Shown here piece by piece: positions 20,425-30,660 of a DNA stretch of 64,000 bases (positions within the stretch are counted from its first letter, which is position 1; each line of letters opens with the position of its first letter). The stretch comes from a virus, in the IMG/VR virus record IMGVR_UViG_3300025818_000017; one strand, 5' to 3'. The position numbers were made by a program, and so were the translations under genes. The notes below the pieces were generated by a model that was given only the letters and a program-made list of their open reading frames with translations, was not told the DNA's origin and did not search any database.

Positions 20425-20806
20425 AGCCAAGGATAAACTTCTTATTGCTGATTTGGGCAACAAAATCAAAGTTGGTCCATATGATATCATTCAACACGGT
20501 AATGTGTTTAGAATAATGCGTGAAGATGTTGATATTGATGAGTTCAACAGTAAGAAAGCAGTAATAGCATATGCTATATCACTATTCAACCGATTACCAA
20601 CTAAAACAATCAAAGACCAAGATATGAAGATTGGTAAGTATCGTGACGATATCCGTTTCTATCGTCGTTCTTTGCTTATCGCACAGAAGAAACATGATTA
20701 TACCAGAGAAGAAGTTATGATGTGTCGTATTGATGCTGCTTTCCGTGACCTAAATATTACTAAACATAGACTTTTAGAAGAAATAAAAAATATCAAAATA
20801 GCATAA
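20390..20806 (+). CDS. Hypothetical protein
   Basis: ORF in late cluster. Confidence 0.6.
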   Translation: MINKIINRLLIEAKDKLLIADLGNKIKVGPYDIIQHGNVFRIMREDVDIDEFNSKKAVIAYAISLFNRLPTKTIKDQDMKIGKYRDDIRFYRRSLLIAQKKHDYTREEVMMCRIDAAFRDLNITKHRLLEEIKNIKIA

Positions 20807-20829
20807 ATAGTATAAACGAGGACTCTTAA

Positions 20830-21585
20830 ATGAAACTTACAAACTTTAACGAAACGCTATCAAGCAGCAAACTAAACAACGCCCTAAAGGATAAGTTTGG
20901 TTACCGTCTAAACCTTGACGAACTACCACTTGACCGTGCCCAGAAAATGCTTATTTCTGTAAATCACACATTGAAAGAAGCAGTATCCAAGGCTGGTGAA
21001 AAGGCTCGTTCTTCCAAGGTATATGCTGAAAAGAAACTTATCGCTGAAACATTAGAAAAGTTCGTAGCAGAGAAAACTAAAATCATTGCTATGGAAAAAC
21101 GCCGTGCAATCCTGAAGCGTAAGCTAAACGAAGCAGAGCAACAGGAAGCAGAAGTTGTTCTAGCAGCAAAAGATATGGTTGACCGTATGCAGAAAATGGT
21201 TGAAGACCTTGGCGAAATGCAGAACGAACAGATTCTACCATTGGTTGATCAAATCCGTCAAACACTCGGCGACGAAACAGCAACATCATTTGAAAGTGCA
21301 ATGACCGCAGCAGTTACATCTGCTATGGACGCAGTTCGCCAAGCTCGCACAGATGCAGACGGCGCAGCACGTATCCTATCTGGCGGTGAAGCACCAGACA
21401 ATATGATGGGTGGTGAAACTGATGAACTAGATGCTGGCGGTGAAGAACCGATGGCTGATATTCCAGCAGATGCCGAAGAACCAGCAGCAGAGCCAGAAAC
21501 GGATGCCGCACCAGAAGATGATGGTGAGGTTGACATGGGGCGTGAAAAGCGTGATGAAGTTGAACTAGACCTATCTGGTCTATAA
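20830..21585 (+). CDS. Putative prohead core/scaffold-like protein
   Basis: Coiled coil plus acidic disordered C-terminus; late promoter and GAGG SD. Confidence 0.45.
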   Translation: MKLTNFNETLSSSKLNNALKDKFGYRLNLDELPLDRAQKMLISVNHTLKEAVSKAGEKARSSKVYAEKKLIAETLEKFVAEKTKIIAMEKRRAILKRKLNEAEQQEAEVVLAAKDMVDRMQKMVEDLGEMQNEQILPLVDQIRQTLGDETATSFESAMTAAVTSAMDAVRQARTDADGAARILSGGEAPDNMMGGETDELDAGGEEPMADIPADAEEPAAEPETDAAPEDDGEVDMGREKRDEVELDLSGL

Positions 21586-21597
21586 GAGGCGTCTTCT

Positions 21598-22071
21598 ATG
21601 AGATTAGTTGAGTTCAATAATTCTATCCCAACTCTAGTCGGGTTAGTATCACATCTGAAAAGAAAGGCTGAAGGCAAAGAGTCCGCTAGAGTCCGTACAA
21701 AATCTTTTCTGAAGATGCTACATAACCTTGGCGTGAGCATGGATGTGAATGCTCTCAACAATCTTTTAGGTGGTGGCGCTGTATCTAATCTAATATCAAG
21801 CGCAGATGATGAGTGGGTAGAACTCAACATGACAGGTGATGCACCTTTAGATGATGAACCTTTGGACCTTGGTATGGATGATACGGGAGGTGAAGAAGAC
21901 ATGGACCTTGACCTCGGTGGTGACGAAGATATGGGAATGGGTGCCGAAGAACCCGCTGGTGCTACAACCGATGAGTTTGAGCAACCAGAAATGGGTGGTG
22001 CCCCAGCCGCACAATCACCACAACAAAAAGTACAGAATATGGCGAAGTCAGCTTTGTCTAGGAGACAATAA
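21598..22071 (+). CDS. Acidic hypothetical protein, possible head protein
   Basis: MRLVEF N-terminus; D/E/G-rich. Confidence 0.6.
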   Translation: MRLVEFNNSIPTLVGLVSHLKRKAEGKESARVRTKSFLKMLHNLGVSMDVNALNNLLGGGAVSNLISSADDEWVELNMTGDAPLDDEPLDLGMDDTGGEEDMDLDLGGDEDMGMGAEEPAGATTDEFEQPEMGGAPAAQSPQQKVQNMAKSALSRRQ

Positions 22072-22507
22072 TGAGTGATTTAGAACGTATACTAAAACTA
22101 GCAGGAATGAACGGTCTATACGAAACCGATGTGGAACAAGCACAAGTCCGTGAAATTGATAGTATTCAAGAATCAAAAGGTAAATCCTATACTCCTGTTA
22201 TGATAGCAGACAATGTTCGTGCGAGAGCAGATCATTGGAGTGAATCCTTTGGTGAGAAAGAACTATGGTGGGAGCTAGAAATTAATATTGATGGACAATG
22301 GCAAAGTGTTCAGGGTGGTCCTTCTGATTCTGACCTTTGGCGCAAAATGGGCGTTGCCAAGGAAATCAAGGCACAGGAGCGGTAATGAGCAAATCAAGCA
22401 CCACAACAAAAAGTACAGAATATGGCGAAGTCAGCTTTGTCTAGGAGACAATAATGAGTGATTTAGATAGAATACTGAAACTGGCTGGAATGAACGGTCT
22501 ATACGAA
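22016..22507 (+). repeat. Direct repeat flanking one gene (22016-22124 and 22399-22507)
   Basis: 69 bp identical (22016-22084 = 22399-22467), then about 40 bp with mostly synonymous changes. Confidence 0.9.
22071..22385 (+). CDS. Hypothetical protein
   Basis: AGGAG SD; MSDLERILKLAGMNGLYE N-terminus. Confidence 0.7.
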   Translation: MSDLERILKLAGMNGLYETDVEQAQVREIDSIQESKGKSYTPVMIADNVRARADHWSESFGEKELWWELEINIDGQWQSVQGGPSDSDLWRKMGVAKEIKAQER

Positions 22508-22555
22508 TCAGCACTAAACAGCTTCCTAGAAGTATCTATGGGGGATGACGAATAA
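22454..22555 (+). CDS. 33-aa mini-protein missed by the ORF track
   Basis: MSDLDRILKLAGMNGLYESALNSFLEVSMGDDE; same SD as 22071; coupled to the next ATG. Confidence 0.6.
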   Translation: MSDLDRILKLAGMNGLYESALNSFLEVSMGDDE

Positions 22556-22920
22556 TGGCTAACTTTCCAACAGCAGCACAGGCAAGAGAACGAGGACAAG
22601 GCAACCGTATCATTACGGAAGAGATTATGCTATTGGAACTTGCTATCCTTGACGCAGTTTCTAGTGGTGCTTTGGAAGTTGAGTTTGGTGATTCACTTAG
22701 TGACTCCACACAATCCACAATATTGGTAAATGGAACAACAGTCACGGCATCCCCAATGACCGACGATGCTACATATTACAATGTATGGAAAGAAACTTCT
22801 ACAGACGCCGCAAAGACCGAACAGATGAAAGAAGTTATTGACCATTTCCAAGCAAAGGGATATACAATCTCCCGTAGGTCTTCTAATAACACCACACTTT
22901 ATTGGTTAATCTCTTGGTGA
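22555..22920 (+). CDS. Conserved hypothetical protein
   Basis: Coupled ORF. Confidence 0.7.
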   Translation: MANFPTAAQARERGQGNRIITEEIMLLELAILDAVSSGALEVEFGDSLSDSTQSTILVNGTTVTASPMTDDATYYNVWKETSTDAAKTEQMKEVIDHFQAKGYTISRRSSNNTTLYWLISW

Positions 22921-23854
22921 TTCTTTCATCAATATCAATACTATAAAGTAACTCTCTATTGTGACGAAGGACATCTTTCATTTCGTCTAGTATTATTTTC
23001 CAATCATCAAGTGAATAACCTTGTAGTTTTGATATGACATCACCAATCATCGTCAAACGTTTGCCATCACTAGCAACATCATCGTAACTTTCATCCCACC
23101 ATTCACTAAATGTGATATAACCTTCATCATGCAACTGACGCAATCTTCCAACAGGCGCTGCTAATACAAATGGATGATTATTCGCTAATGCTGAATATGT
23201 TTTTTCGGTAAGAAACCCTTTTACGGCGGTTTTGTATTCTGTTTGATACGCTGTTTCTCCAATCACACTATAACAAGTTTTATGGAATATGTCATCTGGT
23301 AAGTTTCGAATAAGATTTGTACTGTCAAATGGCCTAACTGGATTGCATAGAGTATTTGCTTGTTTTAGCTGTTCTTTTGTGAAACCCAACTCGCCTTTGA
23401 AAAAATAATCCATGTCCTTGATTTCCAAGTATGTAAGTATTCCCGTATCATTTAGCAGAGAAGCAATATACCGTCTATGTCCTATATCCTTGCCATTTAG
23501 ACAAAGATGCGTGTGCGTTTTCTTGTCAATGTTTAGCGGAATGTTATCCCATATGCGAGTAGCGGCATAGTCGTGTATCGGAAAGTAAATCAACTCCAAG
23601 TTGTTTGTGCGATGTAAGTGATAGTTGCTGTCGCCAGTTATATAATACCCGTTATATCTCCTATCAAAAAACTCTAGTTCTTCCCTGATAAGAAACTCGG
23701 CAGCATGCCAAAAAACAACTGGTAAGGTATCATCTACTGTATATTCTTTCGGGTCAAACACTTGAATGTAAGTGAAATCTAAATCGATATGATTGTCTGT
23801 CATGTGAAACCAGCATTTTTCACGACTAAAACTATCAACAAAAAATATTGACAT
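22883..23854 (-). CDS. Putative glycosyltransferase-like protein, paralog 2
   Basis: VIGETAY..FLTEKTY..NHPFVL..GYITFSEWWDESYD; TAAATA-N4-ATG. Confidence 0.55.
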   Translation of the reverse strand: MSIFFVDSFSREKCWFHMTDNHIDLDFTYIQVFDPKEYTVDDTLPVVFWHAAEFLIREELEFFDRRYNGYYITGDSNYHLHRTNNLELIYFPIHDYAATRIWDNIPLNIDKKTHTHLCLNGKDIGHRRYIASLLNDTGILTYLEIKDMDYFFKGELGFTKEQLKQANTLCNPVRPFDSTNLIRNLPDDIFHKTCYSVIGETAYQTEYKTAVKGFLTEKTYSALANNHPFVLAAPVGRLRQLHDEGYITFSEWWDESYDDVASDGKRLTMIGDVISKLQGYSLDDWKIILDEMKDVLRHNRELLYSIDIDERITKRLTNKVWCY

Positions 23855-23882
23855 ATCGTATTTATTGATATATAATAGTGAT

Positions 23883-24602
23883 ATGCTAATCTCAAAATAT
23901 AACTACAAACCTATTAGTAGGAAAAACATAAACCATAAGCGTCATTACGTTACACCAGATGGCTCACCCGTAGCCTCTGTTACTACCATTCTATCCGCTA
24001 CAAAGCCGCAGAAAGATATTGATAGTCTAAATCGTTGGAAGCGAAACTTTGATAGACAGCACGGTAAAGGTGCGGCACAGAAACACACACAGGAAGCCGC
24101 AGACCGTGGAACCAAGATGCATGCGTATCTTGAGGAATACTGTAAGTCAGATACGATTGAACCTATTATGGAACGCCAAAAGATTCCTCGTGAGAGCATT
24201 CTTGAGTCACAGGGATATAAGATGGCGAATATCGTTATTGATGAAGGTCTAAAGCACCTTGACGAATGTTGGGCAGTAGAAGCACCATTGTATTACACTG
24301 GATTGTATGCGGGAACAACAGATTGCGTTGGTGTATTTGAGGGTCAAGAATCCATCGTTGATTTCAAGCAGACCAATAAGCCAAAGAAGCGTGAGTGGAT
24401 TGATGAATATTTCATGCAACTATGCGCCTATGCCGAAGCCCATAATAATATGTTTGGAACGAACATCAAGAATGGCGTAATCCTAATGTGTTCTAAAGAT
24501 TTACAGTTCCAACGTTTTGACCTATTCGGTCCCGATTATGATAAGTATATGCATATGTGGTGGGACAGGGTAGATGAATATTTCACAAAGATTGCTGCTT
24601 GA
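23883..24602 (+). CDS. PD-(D/E)XK exonuclease (RecB/Cas4-like)
   Basis: SVTTIL, RGTKMH, YAGTTD, IVDFK, YFMQLCAY; sigma70-like promoter upstream. Confidence 0.8.
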   Translation: MLISKYNYKPISRKNINHKRHYVTPDGSPVASVTTILSATKPQKDIDSLNRWKRNFDRQHGKGAAQKHTQEAADRGTKMHAYLEEYCKSDTIEPIMERQKIPRESILESQGYKMANIVIDEGLKHLDECWAVEAPLYYTGLYAGTTDCVGVFEGQESIVDFKQTNKPKKREWIDEYFMQLCAYAEAHNNMFGTNIKNGVILMCSKDLQFQRFDLFGPDYDKYMHMWWDRVDEYFTKIAA

Positions 24603-25230
24603 TTGGCGTGAGAAATGGCTGCATAACGGTCATTTGATTGGTCGTGATTTTATGTACAGCCCTGATGGTAAGTTTGTACACGTACTCATCCCCAAAAATG
24701 CATCAGGTTTCGTGCGCGGCTGTTTTATAAACGCTGGATGGAATGAATCGATGGCAAATAATAAGCACATATACAAAGAACACGCTATTATTGTATATCG
24801 TGATCCATTTGATAGATGGTTTAGCGGTATGGCACAATATTTGTACAATCTATATGGAAAACAGCCAAAGTTATTAGATGATGAAAATTTAGTGAAACAT
24901 CTGTTTGCTGTGCCCGTGGTAGATGATCACACTGAAAAACAGATATATTATATCCAAAACATTGATTTGAATAACGCAACTTTTATATTACTAGGTAAAA
25001 ATATCAACAGTACTCTGGCGAACTGGTTCTCTAGTAATGGGTACAATGGTAAGATAGGCGAAAACGATAGAGGGCACGACAGTGCCGAAATACCTGTGAA
25101 ACTTTCGTATAAACAAAGGTTGCACAATCTGATGAAAGATGATATGCTGCAAACTCTATTTTATAAAGCATATGAAGACGAACTAAACTTTTACAAGTAT
25201 TTACAAGGTAATAATCTTTTCTACAAATGA
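24574..25230 (+). CDS. Sulfotransferase family protein
   Basis: IPKNAS 5'-PSB and RDPFDRWFSG 3'-PB motifs. Confidence 0.7.
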   Translation: MNISQRLLLDWREKWLHNGHLIGRDFMYSPDGKFVHVLIPKNASGFVRGCFINAGWNESMANNKHIYKEHAIIVYRDPFDRWFSGMAQYLYNLYGKQPKLLDDENLVKHLFAVPVVDDHTEKQIYYIQNIDLNNATFILLGKNINSTLANWFSSNGYNGKIGENDRGHDSAEIPVKLSYKQRLHNLMKDDMLQTLFYKAYEDELNFYKYLQGNNLFYK

Positions 25231-25262
25231 TAAATACTAATAATACTTGAGGGAGAACTCCA

Positions 25263-26819
25263 ATCGCTATAACTCAGATCAGCCGCATAACCCACCGCAA
25301 AGGTACTCAAGAAAACCTACCGCAGCTTGCCGTTGGTGAGTTTGGTTGGTCCGTTGACCAAAGAAGACTATTCATTGGTAATGGTGGTAGTGATGCGCCA
25401 TCTATTGAAAACGTGGAAATCCTAACCGAAAACTCAAGTATTGGTGAAACTACTAACTACACTTATGCTGATAATGATATTGGATATACTGCTGTTACTG
25501 GTGTTAGTTCCAGTTCCCCAACAGTTCGTACCCTACAAGCAAAGATTGACGATTATGTGAGTGTCCGTGATTACGGCGCGAAAGGCGACAGTGCTACTGA
25601 TGACACAGCCGCTATTAATCGTGCGCTAACTGATCTATTCGTAACACAAACATTCCAAGCCACACGCAGAGCATTATTATTCCCCGCTGGAACATATATC
25701 GTTTCGTCAAGTGCTATCAAAATCCCCGCCCATGCTACAATCGTAGGTGAAGGCACAAAGGGTAGCATTATCAAACGCAGTGAAACATCTGTTACAAATG
25801 TGGCGCAAACCGCCGATAGCAAGAACCAGATTGGTGCTAACATTGCTACATCCGGTGGTATCGTTCCATCTAATATTTCCGTAATCAATATGGTATTCCA
25901 AGCTGGCGCAGAGATTGACGCATTCTTGGTTGACCAAGCAGACAATATGTATTTTGAAAACTGCACATTCCTTGGTAACAAAACATCCCTTCCAACTGGT
26001 ATTGGTTCTGGTAAGGCTTGTGTTGTTGTTGAAAGTGTTGGTGCGAAATATTCCACAAACATCAAGTTCAACAACTGTATCTTCCAAGACCACACTTATG
26101 GTGTGAAGATTGATGATGAAGTTCGTTCAGTTGTATTTGATAACTGCCGCTTTGAGAACCTATGGAAAGGTGCTGTTATCGGTCAAGATGATAGTTCAAC
26201 ATCCCCAACTGGTGTGAAGATTATTGGTAGCCTATTTGATAACATTTATGACCGTGGTATTCACGTGTATGATGGCACATTCTCATCAGCGTTCAACCAT
26301 TTCCAAGATGTCGGTAATGCTGGTTCTGGTAGTGGGTCACCTAATGTACCTGTTATTGAATATGTAGTAGGTGGTTGCTACAGCATTGGCGATACATTCA
26401 ACCGTCCAGATGCTGACGATGCTACCCAGCCACGAGTTGAGGTTGGTTCAACTGCATCATTCGGTATGGATAGTGAGCGTGTAAAGCACGGTCAGTATTC
26501 CCGCACAAGAGGAACACGAGTAACCCTAACCGACACGGCATCTGCTGTTGCTACAACTGGACTAACATTCAGCGACACAGACGAAACTTATGTAGAGATT
26601 GAGTATAGTTTGGTAAATGGCACAACAGTTCGTAATGGTGTTATTAGCATTACGCACGATAGTGGTAACCAAGTGATGAGCGAAGAATACGATGAAAACA
26701 ACGGTCATGTTGGCGTTCATTTCAGTATTGCTAACTCTGCTGGCGTAACCACATTATATTATTACACCGACACAGGCGTTGCTCCTACTTTTACATACAC
26801 CATCCGTACACTAGTCTAA
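25263..26819 (+). CDS. Tail fibre/spike with Mtd-N-like head and pectate-lyase-like beta-helix
   Basis: VSVRDYGAKGD..DDTAAINRA, LLFPAGTY; open frame extends to ATC25263 giving AITQISRITHRKG..LPQLAVGEFGW behind a GAGGGAG SD. Confidence 0.75.
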   Translation: MAITQISRITHRKGTQENLPQLAVGEFGWSVDQRRLFIGNGGSDAPSIENVEILTENSSIGETTNYTYADNDIGYTAVTGVSSSSPTVRTLQAKIDDYVSVRDYGAKGDSATDDTAAINRALTDLFVTQTFQATRRALLFPAGTYIVSSSAIKIPAHATIVGEGTKGSIIKRSETSVTNVAQTADSKNQIGANIATSGGIVPSNISVINMVFQAGAEIDAFLVDQADNMYFENCTFLGNKTSLPTGIGSGKACVVVESVGAKYSTNIKFNNCIFQDHTYGVKIDDEVRSVVFDNCRFENLWKGAVIGQDDSSTSPTGVKIIGSLFDNIYDRGIHVYDGTFSSAFNHFQDVGNAGSGSGSPNVPVIEYVVGGCYSIGDTFNRPDADDATQPRVEVGSTASFGMDSERVKHGQYSRTRGTRVTLTDTASAVATTGLTFSDTDETYVEIEYSLVNGTTVRNGVISITHDSGNQVMSEEYDENNGHVGVHFSIANSAGVTTLYYYTDTGVAPTFTYTIRTLV

Positions 26820-26826
26820 ATAATGT

Positions 26827-27249
26827 ATGTTCAACCTATCCGCAGAAGATAGAATAATCTATTGGCGACGATTCCGTATTGACTTACCTAAACAAAATAC
26901 GTTACAATGTTTAGAGAGTGTTGCTCAACTATGGGCGACTGCTCCTATGAGTGGTCAGTTTTTAGCACCTGATTTACCTGAGACTTGGCCCACAGCCTGG
27001 GAACTTCTTAGTGATAACTACTATGATGATGTGGGTCTTGCTTTGGGTATGTATTACACGCTATATTACAGTGAAATATTTTCACCAGATGATATTATAT
27101 ATACAGTTTATAAACAAAACACGGAGATAATTAATACTGTGAATATTCATACGTATGTTCTCAACTTTAATCACGGAGCGGTGGTAGATAGAAAACATAT
27201 TGAACTTTCACCTATTTTTCAGTATAATAGTGAAGACATAAAAACTTAG
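26827..27249 (+). CDS. Conserved hypothetical protein
   Basis: TAAATA-N4-ATG; WPTAWELL motif. Confidence 0.7.
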   Translation: MFNLSAEDRIIYWRRFRIDLPKQNTLQCLESVAQLWATAPMSGQFLAPDLPETWPTAWELLSDNYYDDVGLALGMYYTLYYSEIFSPDDIIYTVYKQNTEIINTVNIHTYVLNFNHGAVVDRKHIELSPIFQYNSEDIKT

Positions 27250-27259
27250 AGGATCAATA

Positions 27260-29563
27260 ATGACAGAAATAACTGTTGTCAAACGGGATGGCAATAAAGA
27301 ACCATTAGATATCGAGAAATTACATAAAGTCGTATTTTATGCCTGTGAAGGTATCACAGGTGTATCAGCATCAGAAGTAGAGATTCGTTCCCAGATTCAG
27401 TTCTACAGTGGTATCAAGTCAACCGATATTCAAGAGACATTAATTAAATCCGCCGCTGACCTGATTACAGAAGACACCCCAAACTATCAGTATGTGGGCG
27501 GAAGACTAATCAACTATCATCTACGCAAACAAGTCTACGGACAGTTTGAACCATGGCATCTAAAGGAACTAGTGAAGAAGAATGTAGAACAAGGTTTTTA
27601 TGACCCATCTCTTCTAGAAGATTACGATGATGAGGAATATAGCCTACTAAACAGCTACATTCGTCATGACCGTGATAATAACCTTACCTATGCTGCTATG
27701 GAACAGTTTAGAGGTAAGTATCTTGTCCAAAACCGTGTAACCAAAGAAATCTTTGAGACACCACAGGTATGTTACATGCTGGTGGCTATGAGTCTATTCA
27801 GTCATTATGATAAGAAAGACCGTCTTCGTTGGGTCCGTGATTACTACGATGCTATCTCCAACTTTGATATATCTCTACCGACACCTATTATGGCTGGCGT
27901 AAGAACTCCCCAGCGTCAGTTCTCATCTTGTGTTTTGATTGAGACAGATGACTCATTGGATTCTATGAATGCATCTTCATCTGCTATCGTCAAGTATGTC
28001 TCACAAAAAGCTGGGATTGGTATTGGTGCTGGCGCAATCCGTGCTATTGGTTCCCCCATCCGTAACGGTGATGCATACCACACTGGTGTTATTCCGTTCT
28101 TCAAACACTTCCAAACGGCAGTAAAATCATGCTCACAAGGCGGTGTGCGTGGTGGTGCTGCTACGCTCCATTATCCTATCTGGCATTATGAAGTAGAAGA
28201 CCTTCTCGTTCTCAAAAACAACAAAGGCACAGACGATAACCGTGTTCGCCATATTGATTACTCAGTCCAGTTCAACAAACTTTTCTATGAGCGTCTAATC
28301 AAAGGCGAAGATATTACTCTATTCTCACCAAGTGATGTACCTGGTCTTTACGAGTCTTTCTTCAATGACTACGATAAGTTCAAGGAACTATACGAGACAG
28401 CAGAGCGTAATACCAGACTACGGAAGAAGACAGTAAAAGCACAAGAACTGTTCTCATCGTTTATGGAAGAGCGCAAGAACACTGGGCGTATCTACTTGAT
28501 GAACGTGGATAATGTAAACGACCATTCACCGTACAAACCTGATGTTGCGCCAGTTCGTATGAGTAACCTCTGCCAAGAGATTGCTCTGCCAACTAAACCA
28601 TTGGAGCATATCTTTGACGAAGAAGGGCGTATTGCTCTTTGTACACTTAGTGCTATCAACTGGGGTAATGTAAGTGACCCGGATCAGTTCAAAAAGCCAT
28701 GTGAGCTTGCTGTTCGTGGCTTGGATGCGCTATTGGATTACCAGAAGTATCCAGTGGTTGCTGCTCAACTACATTCAAGTGATTATCGTCCTCTTGGTAT
28801 TGGTATTATCAACTTGGCATATTTCCTCGCCAAGAATGGCTCAACATACAGCGAACCAGACCTAGAGTTGGTTGATGAATATGCGGAAGCTTGGTCATAT
28901 TACTTGATCAAAGCATCAGCAGACTTAGCCAAAGAGAAAGGTGCGTGTGACCGTCTTGACCACACACGTTATGGTGATGGTATTCTTCCTATTGATACCT
29001 ACAAGAAAGACATTGATGAACTCGTAAAGCACAAAGAGCGCATGCCTTGGAAAGAGTTGCGTAAGCAGTTGAAAGAAACAGGCATCCGTAACTCCACATT
29101 GATGGCTCTAATGCCAGCAGAAACATCAGCACAGATTAGTAACAGTACAAATGGCATTGAGCCACCACGCTCGTATGTATCTGTCAAGCAGTCCAAAGAT
29201 GGTGTCTTGAAGCAAGTTGTTCCTGGTTATCCACGATTGAAGAACAAGTATGAACTACTATGGGATCAAAAGTCGCCAGAGGGTTATTTGAAGATTATGG
29301 CTGTATTACAGAAATATATTGACCAGACTATTTCCACAAACACAAGCTATAATCCAGCCCATTATGATGACGAGAAGATTCCAATGAGTGAGTTGTTGAA
29401 GCACCTGTTGATGTGGTATAAGTGGGGCGGAAAGACCCTGTATTATTTCAACACAATGGATGGACAGGGTGAGATTGAAGTGAAAGAGCCAGAGAAGACA
29501 GACTTTGATGATGAGAATAACGCACAGTTTGATGACGCAGACTGTGATGCATGCGTGATCTAG
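27260..29563 (+). CDS. nrdA: Ribonucleotide reductase class Ia alpha subunit with ATP cone
   Basis: VVKRDG ATP cone, PTPIM, FSSCVL, SNLCQEI, C-terminal CxxC. Confidence 0.97.
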   Translation: MTEITVVKRDGNKEPLDIEKLHKVVFYACEGITGVSASEVEIRSQIQFYSGIKSTDIQETLIKSAADLITEDTPNYQYVGGRLINYHLRKQVYGQFEPWHLKELVKKNVEQGFYDPSLLEDYDDEEYSLLNSYIRHDRDNNLTYAAMEQFRGKYLVQNRVTKEIFETPQVCYMLVAMSLFSHYDKKDRLRWVRDYYDAISNFDISLPTPIMAGVRTPQRQFSSCVLIETDDSLDSMNASSSAIVKYVSQKAGIGIGAGAIRAIGSPIRNGDAYHTGVIPFFKHFQTAVKSCSQGGVRGGAATLHYPIWHYEVEDLLVLKNNKGTDDNRVRHIDYSVQFNKLFYERLIKGEDITLFSPSDVPGLYESFFNDYDKFKELYETAERNTRLRKKTVKAQELFSSFMEERKNTGRIYLMNVDNVNDHSPYKPDVAPVRMSNLCQEIALPTKPLEHIFDEEGRIALCTLSAINWGNVSDPDQFKKPCELAVRGLDALLDYQKYPVVAAQLHSSDYRPLGIGIINLAYFLAKNGSTYSEPDLELVDEYAEAWSYYLIKASADLAKEKGACDRLDHTRYGDGILPIDTYKKDIDELVKHKERMPWKELRKQLKETGIRNSTLMALMPAETSAQISNSTNGIEPPRSYVSVKQSKDGVLKQVVPGYPRLKNKYELLWDQKSPEGYLKIMAVLQKYIDQTISTNTSYNPAHYDDEKIPMSELLKHLLMWYKWGGKTLYYFNTMDGQGEIEVKEPEKTDFDDENNAQFDDADCDACVI

Positions 29564-29571
29564 AGGAAGAT

Positions 29572-30660
29572 ATGACAGTATTCAATAAGAAACAGAAAGA
29601 CCATACGAAGTCCAAGATTTTCTTGGATGAGCCAATGGGTATGCAACGCTACGAGAGTGTGAAGTATCCCGCCTTTGAAAAACTGACAGAGAAGCAGATT
29701 GGTTTCTTCTGGACGCCACAAGAGGTTGATATTACACGTGACGCCAAAGACTTCAAAGAGCTTAGTGAGTATGAACAGCACATCTTCACATCCAACTTGA
29801 AGCGTCAAATCATTTTGGATAGTGTACAAGGTCGTTCACCTAACTTGGCGTTCTTGCCTATTGTATCATTGCCTGAACTGGAAGCGTTCATTGAAACTTG
29901 GTCGTTCAACGAAACAATCCATAGTCGTTCTTACACATACATTATTCGTAACGTATATCCAAACCCAAGCAAGGTATTTGACGCTATCCACGACAACCAA
30001 GAAGTAATGGCTTGTGCCGATGCTATCAGTAAGTATTACGATGATTTGATTCAATATAATAGACAGCATCCTTATGGTGGTAAAAACCAGCAATATGAAC
30101 ACAAGAAAAAGATTTGGCTTGCTATCAATGCTGTGAACGCATTGGAAGGTGTTCGTTTCTACGTATCGTTTGCTTGTGCTTGGGCGTTTGCTGAACTTAA
30201 AAAGATGGAAGGCAATGCCAAAATCATCAAGCTAATCTGCCGCGATGAAAATGTTCACCTTGGCGCAACGCAACAACTAATCAAACTACTACCAGAAGAT
30301 GATAAAGACTTCAAAAAGATTGCAGAAGAAACACAAGAAGAATGCCTAAAAATCTTTACTGATGTTGTTGAGCAAGAAAAAGCTTGGGCGCACTATCTAT
30401 TCAAAGACGGTAGTATGATCGGTCTAAACGAAAAACTATTGGTAAACTATGTTGAGTGGATTGCAAACAAACGCTTACAAGCAATCAAGTTGCCATCCCC
30501 GTATAAAGTTCCACAAGCTAACCCACTCCCATGGACACAGAAATGGATTGCTGGCGCAGAAGTCCAAGTCGCGCCACAAGAAACGGAAATAATTTCATAT
30601 ATTTCTGGTGGAACTATTCAGGACTTAGATGAAAACACTTTTAAAGACATTGAACTATGA
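29572..30660 (+). CDS. nrdB: Ribonucleotide reductase class Ia beta subunit
   Basis: FWTPQEV, ETIHSRSY, LEGVRF, RDENVH, VAPQETE. Confidence 0.97.
   Translation: MTVFNKKQKDHTKSKIFLDEPMGMQRYESVKYPAFEKLTEKQIGFFWTPQEVDITRDAKDFKELSEYEQHIFTSNLKRQIILDSVQGRSPNLAFLPIVSLPELEAFIETWSFNETIHSRSYTYIIRNVYPNPSKVFDAIHDNQEVMACADAISKYYDDLIQYNRQHPYGGKNQQYEHKKKIWLAINAVNALEGVRFYVSFACAWAFAELKKMEGNAKIIKLICRDENVHLGATQQLIKLLPEDDKDFKKIAEETQEECLKIFTDVVEQEKAWAHYLFKDGSMIGLNEKLLVNYVEWIANKRLQAIKLPSPYKVPQANPLPWTQKWIAGAEVQVAPQETEIISYISGGTIQDLDENTFKDIEL

Noticed and set aside
21258-21902. 214-aa Ser-rich minus-strand ORF, and similar antisense ORFs (3324-3758, 12940-13422, 25571-26095, 33038-33568, 54302-54742)
   Set aside because: They are shadows of biased plus-strand genes, with no SD or promoter and no recognisable motifs.
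27260-30660. Inteins or introns in nrdA/nrdB, which are common insertion sites
   Set aside because: Both ORFs are continuous and of normal length, with no Hint motifs.
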